In this document: positions 56,959 to 64,000 of the stretch, piece after piece | Layout of the letters: each line of letters starts with the position of its first letter | How positions within the stretch are numbered: position 1 is the stretch's first letter | Origin: Candidatus Yonathbacteria bacterium RIFCSPLOWO2_01_FULL_43_27 | Lineage (GTDB): Bacteria > Patescibacteriota > Minisyncoccia > Phycocordibacterales > UBA1550 | Assembly (NCBI GenBank): GCA_001823545.1 | Contig: MHUV01000003.1 | Span: 86,398-150,397 of the forward strand | DNA length: 64,000 nucleotides | Direction of reading: 5' to 3' | The notes under the pieces: generated by a model | The model's input: the letters and a program-made list of their open reading frames with translations, nothing else | Databases searched by the model: none | Told to the model about the DNA's origin: nothing | Translations under genes and position numbers: made by a program

Positions 56959-59900
56959 TTACGCCTCTACTTCCTCTTGCGATTCTCCGGGAAGCTCACT
57001 GCCCTTCTTGTGATGCGCATCAAACCCTGTTCCTGCGGGGATCAAATTACCAATAATAACATTTTCTTTAAGACCACGAAGCGTATCAGTACCACCACGG
57101 AGTGCGGTGTTGATGAGAATACGCGTCGTATTCTCGAATGATGCTGCTGAGAGCCAACTCTTGGTGGTGAGTGCCACCTCAGAAATACCGAGCACGATAG
57201 GTTCTGCTTTTGCCTTTTCTCCGCCAAGCTCTTCTATGCGGTTGTTTTCCTTCAACAATTCTCCCTGTTCAACGATCTCGCCAACACTGAATCCTGTATC
57301 ACCTGAATCCTTAATCTTGCGACGAGAGAACATCTGACGAATAATAACTTCGATGTGTTTATGTGAGATTGAAGCACCCTGAAGTTCATAAATTTTAAGA
57401 ACCTCGGTAATGATGTAATCCTCTGCGACATCCTTGCCTGCGTACTGGAACACCTCTGCGATATCCGCAGAACCATCTGAGAGCAATGCTCCCTTTTGTA
57501 CCGCGTCTCCAACCTTTACGAACGCAGAACGTTTTGAAGAAGTTTCGTATTCGATCGCTTCACCCTTCTTCTTTCCTTCACCTTCATTAGGAAGAACTTT
57601 AATCTTGAGTTCTTTATCATCTTTGACGATCTCTAGAACCACACCATTAGTGTGTGATACGATTGCAAGACTCTTAGGTTCACGACGCTCAAAGATCTCT
57701 TCTACGCGAGGGAGACCCATCGTAATGTCTCCACCTGCTGAAGCAATACCTCCGGCATGGAATGTACGCATCGTAAGCTGAGTTCCTGGTTCACCAATAG
57801 CCTGTGCTGCAATGATACCAACTGATTCGCCAAGTTTTACCGGCTCATTACGTCCAATATCAAAGCCGTAACACTTACGACAAATACCATATACTGCGTG
57901 ACATGAAAGTGGTGAACGTACAAATGCTTCTGTTGCGCCTTTTGCCTCTGCGTCACGAGCTTCAGCCTTGGTCATCAAGTGCCCCTTCTTGTAGGTAGTA
58001 CCATCAGCGAGCACAAGATCGCGTGCGAGAATACGTCCACGAAGATTGCGCGAGAGCGGAATGTCGAACCCTACAAGATTTTGCTTTCTAATAAGCTTGC
58101 CTTCTTTGGTACCACAATCTTCCTCAGTAATAATGGCATCCTGCGCCACATCAACGATACGACGCGTAAGGTATCCTGCTTTTGCCGTCTGAAGTGCGGT
58201 GTCAGCAAGACCTTTACGTGAACCGTGTGTCGTCACAAAGTATTCCACCGGTGACAACCCCTCCTTATATGAAGGAACGATCGGGAAGTCGAGGGTGCGA
58301 CCTGTCGTATTAACGATAAGACCTGTCATGCCTCCCATTTGAACGATCTGGGAAATAGAACCGCGGGCACCTGATTTCAACATATCTTCTACGGAGCCAT
58401 TCTTATCAAGTGTTGCGGGCATCAATTTTTCAATTTCACCGCGGGCGCCCTGCCATATTTCGATCACGCGACGATAACGCTCTTCTTCCGAAAGAAGACC
58501 TTCTTGCCATTCTTCGCGTACCGTATCAGTTTCCTTGCGCGCTGTCTCAACGATTGCTTTCTTGCCTGTAGGAATCTTAACCTCATCAATTCCCCACGTA
58601 ATACCTGCGGTCGTAACATACTTGAATCCAAAGTCTTTAATTTTATCCAAGATTGGAGGTGTCATATCAACACCATACGTATTGATAAGCTCATCAATAA
58701 TGCTTTCAAGTTCTTTTTTACCTATCTCCTTGTTTGTGTAAGGAAAATCTGAAGGAAGAACGCTGTTAAACAAAAGACGTCCTACCGTAGTTTCAAAAAC
58801 TTCACCGTTGTATTGTGCATATTTAGGAGACTCGGTACCGAGTACTTTAATCTTTGCGCGATAACCCACTACACCAAAGTCATAGGCGGTAATTGCGCTA
58901 TTAGGTGCTGAGAAGAATTTACCTTCACCTTTATCCCCTTCAACAATTTTGGTCATCGTGTAACAACCAAGAGGAATATCGAGTTTAGGATTAACGATAG
59001 GGTCACCACTTCCTGGCCCAAGAAGGTTCTTGTTTGATGCCATGAGCTGATCTGCCTCCCTCTGTGCTTCAAGCGAAAGTGGAACGTGTACTGCCATCTG
59101 GTCTCCGTCGAAGTCAGCATTAAATGCAGTACAAACAAGTGGATGTACCTGAATTGCATTGCCTTCGATAAGTACGGGATGGAATGCCTGAATACCGAGG
59201 CGGTGAAGGGTAGGCGCACGGTTCAACATCACATATTTACCCTTGATGACCTCTTCGAGAATTGCCCATACTTCAGGAGCACTATCTTCAATGAGCTTAT
59301 TTGCACCACGGATATTGTACGCAAGTTCGCGCAAGAGAATCTTTGAAATTACAAATGGACGAAACAACTCGAGCGCCATATGCTTTGGGAGTCCGCACTG
59401 ATTGAGGTGAAGTCGAGGACCTACCACGATCACGGAACGACCAGAATAGTCTACGCGCTTTCCAAGGAGGTTCTGACGGAAGAGACCTTGCTTTCCTTTC
59501 AAGGTATCAGCAAGTGATTTAAGAGAGCGTTTTTGTGCCTGATTCATCACCACAGACTGCACGCGACGAATAGAATTGTCGATAAGTGAGTCTACGGCTT
59601 CCTGAAGAATACGCTTTTCATTACGCAAGATAACATCTGGCGCATCGATTTCCTTAAGCTTTTTGAGACGGTTGTTACGGTTAATAACACGGCGGTACAA
59701 ATCGTTCAAATCTGACGTTGCGTGGCGTCCTCCTTCGAGGGCAACCATCGGGCGAAGTGCAGGAGGAATGATAGGAATTACCGTGAGGAACATCCATTCT
59801 GGACGAAGGTTTGCGTTCAACATTGATTTTACCAATGCAAGACGCTTCACAATTTTTTGTCGTTCTGTCGCACCAGATTTTTCGAGTGCAATTTCAAGTT

Positions 59901-60600
59901 CTCCGCGAAGTTTTGCGAGGTCGATTTTCTTGAAAATATCGTAAATTGCCTCCGCACCGATGTGTGCGTCAAATGCCGTACCGTACTTAAGTGCGAACTT
60001 GTGGTACGTTACCTCATCAAGTACCTTGCCTTCAATAAGTGATTCAATTTCGTGCTTGCTTGCAACGAGAAGTTCTTTCAATTTTTCCTTTCCTTTTTCG
60101 TCAGTGAGTGTCTTTGATTTATTCTTGTATTCCTGATCGATCTCTTTGAGCAGTCGCTCGCGTTCACCTTCGTTTACATGTGTAATGATATATCCTGCAA
60201 AGTAAATAACCTTTTCAATATCAACAATCGGTAAGTTGAGGAGAAGTCCCATACGAGAAGGGATTGAGCGCAAAAACCAAATGTGTGCCACTGGTGTTGC
60301 AAGTTCAATATGTCCCATTCGTTCACGACGAACGATGGAGCGTGTTACCTCAACGCCACATTTTTCACAAATGATATCCTTGTAACGAATACGCTTGTAT
60401 TTTCCACAGTAACACTCGTAGTCCTTTTCAGGTCCAAACACACGCTCGTCAAAGAGTCCACCGCGCTCACTGCGCTGGGTACGGTAGTTGATCGTTTCAG
60501 GCTTGGTAACCTCGCCGTAGGACCACTCTCTAACATTCTCAGGCGAAGCAAGCTTGAGAAGAATGGCGTCAAAATTTTTCTGTTCGCGTAATGATTTCAT
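56959..60600 (-). CDS. rpoC: DNA-directed RNA polymerase beta-prime subunit
   Basis: 1213 aa. Zinc-binding CxxC motifs. NADFDGD catalytic loop. Confidence 0.95.
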   Translation of the reverse strand: MKSLREQKNFDAILLKLASPENVREWSYGEVTKPETINYRTQRSERGGLFDERVFGPEKDYECYCGKYKRIRYKDIICEKCGVEVTRSIVRRERMGHIELATPVAHIWFLRSIPSRMGLLLNLPIVDIEKVIYFAGYIITHVNEGERERLLKEIDQEYKNKSKTLTDEKGKEKLKELLVASKHEIESLIEGKVLDEVTYHKFALKYGTAFDAHIGAEAIYDIFKKIDLAKLRGELEIALEKSGATERQKIVKRLALVKSMLNANLRPEWMFLTVIPIIPPALRPMVALEGGRHATSDLNDLYRRVINRNNRLKKLKEIDAPDVILRNEKRILQEAVDSLIDNSIRRVQSVVMNQAQKRSLKSLADTLKGKQGLFRQNLLGKRVDYSGRSVIVVGPRLHLNQCGLPKHMALELFRPFVISKILLRELAYNIRGANKLIEDSAPEVWAILEEVIKGKYVMLNRAPTLHRLGIQAFHPVLIEGNAIQVHPLVCTAFNADFDGDQMAVHVPLSLEAQREADQLMASNKNLLGPGSGDPIVNPKLDIPLGCYTMTKIVEGDKGEGKFFSAPNSAITAYDFGVVGYRAKIKVLGTESPKYAQYNGEVFETTVGRLLFNSVLPSDFPYTNKEIGKKELESIIDELINTYGVDMTPPILDKIKDFGFKYVTTAGITWGIDEVKIPTGKKAIVETARKETDTVREEWQEGLLSEEERYRRVIEIWQGARGEIEKLMPATLDKNGSVEDMLKSGARGSISQIVQMGGMTGLIVNTTGRTLDFPIVPSYKEGLSPVEYFVTTHGSRKGLADTALQTAKAGYLTRRIVDVAQDAIITEEDCGTKEGKLIRKQNLVGFDIPLSRNLRGRILARDLVLADGTTYKKGHLMTKAEARDAEAKGATEAFVRSPLSCHAVYGICRKCYGFDIGRNEPVKLGESVGIIAAQAIGEPGTQLTMRTFHAGGIASAGGDITMGLPRVEEIFERREPKSLAIVSHTNGVVLEIVKDDKELKIKVLPNEGEGKKKGEAIEYETSSKRSAFVKVGDAVQKGALLSDGSADIAEVFQYAGKDVAEDYIITEVLKIYELQGASISHKHIEVIIRQMFSRRKIKDSGDTGFSVGEIVEQGELLKENNRIEELGGEKAKAEPIVLGISEVALTTKSWLSAASFENTTRILINTALRGGTDTLRGLKENVIIGNLIPAGTGFDAHHKKGSELPGESQEEVEA

Positions 60601-60667
60601 AATTGATAGTGAATAAGTTAATAGTAAATATTAATAATAGAGGTGTATAGTTATTATTATCTATCCA

Positions 60668-63600
60668 CTATTTATTTTTAAGAAGTTCCACATTGAGCGA
60701 AAGTCCACGGAGATAATTCAAAAGCACATTGAATGATTCCGGAATATTCGTCTGCTCAATATTGTTTCCTTTTACAATTGCATCAAATGCTCCTGAACGA
60801 CCAGTAATGTCATCTGACTTAATGGTGAGCATTTCACGGAGAATGTGTGAGGCACCATACCCTTCAAGAGCCCACACCTCCATTTCTCCAAAACGCTGAC
60901 CTCCACCTTGTGCTTTACCACCGAGAGGCTGTTGGGTAATGAGTGAGTAAGGTCCCGTTGAGCGCATATGAATCTTGTCCTCAACCATATGATTGAGCTT
61001 CAAGATATACATGTATCCAACTGCGATATCCTGACCAAATGCTTCTCCTGTAAGACCGTCATAGAGCTTCATCTTGCCATCGTCGCGGAATCCTGCTTTT
61101 ATCAATTCACCCTTGATTTCATCTACTGTTGCGCCCGTAAACGGAGGAACAATAGCCTGGTATCCAAGCGTGTTTGCAGCAAGCCCCAAGTGGAGCTCGA
61201 GGATCTGTCCGAGATTCATACGTGAAGGAACACCGAGTGGTGTCAAAATCACATCGATAGGCGTACCGTCTGCCATGTATGGCATATCAGCCTCAGGAAG
61301 AATTACGGAGATAACACCTTTGTTACCGTGACGTCCTGCAAGCTTGTCACCAACAGAAATGTTGCGAACCTGTGCTACTTCAAGATGAATGCGCTTGATG
61401 ATACCTGACTCAAGATTGTCTCCCTTTTCACGAGAAAAGATCTTAACACCAATGATACGTCCACGCTTGCCGTGATCCATACGAAGTGAGGTATCTTTTA
61501 CATCGCGTGCTTTTTCTCCAAAGATAGAGCGAAGAAGGCGTTCCTCAGGAGTGAGTTCAGTCTCACCTTTTGGTGTAACTTTACCTACCAAGATGTCTCC
61601 CGGGTGCACTTCAGCACCGATACGAATAATACCGTCTTCATCGAGATCTTTAAGTTTGAGCTCGCCTACATTTGGAATATCATGGGTGGTGACTTCGGGC
61701 CCAAGTTTTGTATCACGCACATTTACCACGAACTCTTCCAAGTGAATAGAAGTAAATTTACTCTGCTTTACCAAGCGCTCTGAAAGAATGATAGCGTCTT
61801 CGTAGTTTGAACCACGCCATGACATAAATGCTACCAATGCATTTTGTCCAAGTGCGATCTGGCCACCGTCAGATGATGAAGTGTCAGCGAGAACAGCACC
61901 CTTCTTTACCGTATCGCCTACCGCGATAATAGGACGCTGATGAAACGCGGTGAGACCATTCGTACGTGAGAAGTTGATGAGCTTGTGCTCTTCAGAAGTA
62001 CCTGCGCTATTCTTAACGACGATTTTACGTGCATCAACGTGCGTTATATTTCCATCAATACCAGCAATAACGAGACGGCCCGTGTCGTGTGCTGCCTGTT
62101 CCTCAACACCTGTTGCGACGAGTGGTGCTTCAGGGATGATACATGGGATTGCCTGCTTCTGCATGTTAGAACCCATGAGTGCGCGATTTGCATTATCGTG
62201 CTCAAGGAATGGGATCATCGAAGTTGCAATAGAGAATGCCTGATTTGCAGCAATGTCGATGTAGTGTACATCGTCACGAAGAACAACTTCAGGACGGCCG
62301 GCACGGCGGACTTCAATATATTCTTCCGTCATCTTGCCATCAGCAATTTTAGTTGCCATGTGTGCAATATTGTACTGCTCTTCCTCGAGTGCATCCATAT
62401 ATACGATCTCCTCAGTAATTTTCCCGTTCTTCACCTTTGCATATGGAGTTTCGATCATGCCGAAATCATTGATACGTGCGTAACAGGAGAGACGAAGGAT
62501 AAGACCGATGTTTGGACCTTCTGGCGTATGAATAGGACAAAGGCGTCCGTAGTGAGAAGGGTGTACGTCACGCACTTCAATACCTGCGCGCTCACGGGTA
62601 AGACCTCCAGGGCCCAATGCTGAGAATGTACGCAATGTTTCAATTTCCGAAAGGATATTGTACTGCGTCATAAACTGCGAAAGCTGGTTTGTCGTAAAGA
62701 ACTCCTTGAGACGTGCCTGAAGTGGACGAGGGCTAATGAATTGCATAGGGAGTGTCGCGTCCGTATCAATCGTGGACATACGATCCTGAATATTGCGCTT
62801 CATCTGCGTAAGACCAACGCGCATTTTCTGCTGAAGCATTTCACCTACCGCGCGAATACGGCGAGAACCAAGATGATCAATATCATCCGGCATAGCATGA
62901 GGATTTGCATTAAGCTTTGCGATATGGAGCACAATTGTTACGACATCGTCAACGTTGATTGTACGGCGTGCAATCTCTTCTTTGTCTAACGATTTCCCAA
63001 AACGCTTATTGAACTTAAAACGACCTACCTCTGAAAGGTCATATTTTTCTTTTGCAAAAATAGATTGTACAAAACCACGAGCGTTCTCGGGGGTAGCAAG
63101 ATCGCCATCGCGAAGTTTTTTGTAAATTTCGATGAATGACTCATCGGGAGTTTGTGCAGGATCTTTAGCGAGTGTGCTTTCGATAACCTTCTTTCCTAAT
63201 TCATCAGAAGAAAATGCTTTGAAGATTTCTTCATTGTCCTTCATACCGAGCGCGCGGAGAAGTACTGACACAGGGAACTTGCGCTTGCGGTCGATACGCA
63301 CATACGTTGCGCCGTCTGGATCAGACTCGATCTCGATCCATGCGCCACGGCTTGGGATAATTTTTGCGCCAAAGTAACGCTTGCCCTTGAGCTCTTCTTC
63401 GGTAAACGATACACCAGAAGAACGTGAGATCTGAGGAACAACGACACGCTCAACACCATTCACAATAAAGGTGCCGTGTGAAGTCATCATAGGAAAATCC
63501 GCAATGAAAATTTCCTGCTCCTTCTCAGTCTTTGTTGTCTTGTTGATAAGGTTGACGCGCGCTTTTAAAGGAGCTTCGTAAGAGAGCTTATTCTCCTTTG

Positions 63601-63817
63601 CAAAGTACTCATCGAACTTTGGTTTCGAGAGCTCGATTCCCTTAAATTCAAGTTCAAACTTTTTCTCCGAATAATCCTTGATAGGAGAAAAATCCTTAAA
63701 CGCTTCCTTGATTCCTACTTCGAGAAGCCATTGGTATGACTTCAAATGGGTCTCCACAAGATTTGGGAGTGGCACAAGCGATTTTTTATATCGCGAAAAA
63801 TACTTTTTTTCTCTCAT
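60668..63817 (-). CDS. rpoB: DNA-directed RNA polymerase beta subunit
   Basis: 1049 aa with conserved beta segments (GEMEVWALEGYGA etc.). It lies upstream of rpoC. Confidence 0.95.
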   Translation of the reverse strand: MREKKYFSRYKKSLVPLPNLVETHLKSYQWLLEVGIKEAFKDFSPIKDYSEKKFELEFKGIELSKPKFDEYFAKENKLSYEAPLKARVNLINKTTKTEKEQEIFIADFPMMTSHGTFIVNGVERVVVPQISRSSGVSFTEEELKGKRYFGAKIIPSRGAWIEIESDPDGATYVRIDRKRKFPVSVLLRALGMKDNEEIFKAFSSDELGKKVIESTLAKDPAQTPDESFIEIYKKLRDGDLATPENARGFVQSIFAKEKYDLSEVGRFKFNKRFGKSLDKEEIARRTINVDDVVTIVLHIAKLNANPHAMPDDIDHLGSRRIRAVGEMLQQKMRVGLTQMKRNIQDRMSTIDTDATLPMQFISPRPLQARLKEFFTTNQLSQFMTQYNILSEIETLRTFSALGPGGLTRERAGIEVRDVHPSHYGRLCPIHTPEGPNIGLILRLSCYARINDFGMIETPYAKVKNGKITEEIVYMDALEEEQYNIAHMATKIADGKMTEEYIEVRRAGRPEVVLRDDVHYIDIAANQAFSIATSMIPFLEHDNANRALMGSNMQKQAIPCIIPEAPLVATGVEEQAAHDTGRLVIAGIDGNITHVDARKIVVKNSAGTSEEHKLINFSRTNGLTAFHQRPIIAVGDTVKKGAVLADTSSSDGGQIALGQNALVAFMSWRGSNYEDAIILSERLVKQSKFTSIHLEEFVVNVRDTKLGPEVTTHDIPNVGELKLKDLDEDGIIRIGAEVHPGDILVGKVTPKGETELTPEERLLRSIFGEKARDVKDTSLRMDHGKRGRIIGVKIFSREKGDNLESGIIKRIHLEVAQVRNISVGDKLAGRHGNKGVISVILPEADMPYMADGTPIDVILTPLGVPSRMNLGQILELHLGLAANTLGYQAIVPPFTGATVDEIKGELIKAGFRDDGKMKLYDGLTGEAFGQDIAVGYMYILKLNHMVEDKIHMRSTGPYSLITQQPLGGKAQGGGQRFGEMEVWALEGYGASHILREMLTIKSDDITGRSGAFDAIVKGNNIEQTNIPESFNVLLNYLRGLSLNVELLKNK

Positions 63818-64000
63818 ATATAACGCCGTATATTATGATTAACTCGCCTACACCTAAACGACAAAAATCAAAAAGGCAAGTGATAACCACCTTTTTGAAA
63901 ATGAAGACTCGTATGTAGACGTATCTGTTATTAAATTGTACCCCCGGCGCGCTCGTTACTCAATCAAATACCGTTGTTCACAAGATAACAAAATATCAAG

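Overview
This 64-kb window appears to come from a compact bacterial genome, possibly an uncultivated small-genome lineage such as Patescibacteria/CPR (low-confidence inference). Most genes are on the minus strand and most are housekeeping. In order: dnaK (partial) and grpE; the tail of the ribosomal-protein cluster (rpsI, rplM, rplQ, rpoA, rpsD, rpsK, rpsM, an unannotated rpmJ, infA); an actin-fold FtsA/PilM-like protein plus a large membrane protein; a META-domain secreted protein; dinB; a small accessory patch (two small ORFs behind a textbook sigma-70 promoter with operator palindromes, an ECF sigma factor, a divergent PAS protein, a PG-binding/FN3 secreted protein, mscL, a histidine phosphatase, an FAD flavoprotein); tRNA-Gln(UUG) with a duplicated tRNA 3-prime fragment bracketing one unknown 449-aa membrane protein; dnaX; dus; the full F1Fo ATP synthase operon (atpBEFHAGDC); an IS200/RAYT-type Y1 transposase flanked by near-identical perfect palindromes; ftsQ-like; serS; dprA; topA; a SET-domain protein; a MacAB-like efflux trio; a NIT/HAMP sensor lacking an output domain; an FAD-linked oxidase; a nirK-like copper nitrite reductase; a TroA-type metal ABC importer; engB; a DsbA-like protein; a suf operon (sufB-S-U-C-T); rpoD; dnaG; rpoC; rpoB. 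No rRNA, no CRISPR array and no obvious prophage were seen. The most noteworthy non-coding signals are (1) a 183-nt segment bounded by 19-bp perfect inverted repeats between rpoC and dnaG (6S-like RNA or MITE), (2) a 46-bp perfect palindrome after a terminator, (3) a 28-nt motif conserved at two intergenic loci, (4) a 21-bp direct repeat bracketing the flavoprotein gene next to the tRNA fragment, and (5) a consensus promoter with triple half-site operator in front of a 61-aa Cys-rich ORF. All functional calls are from reading the translations against remembered family motifs; none has been checked by search.
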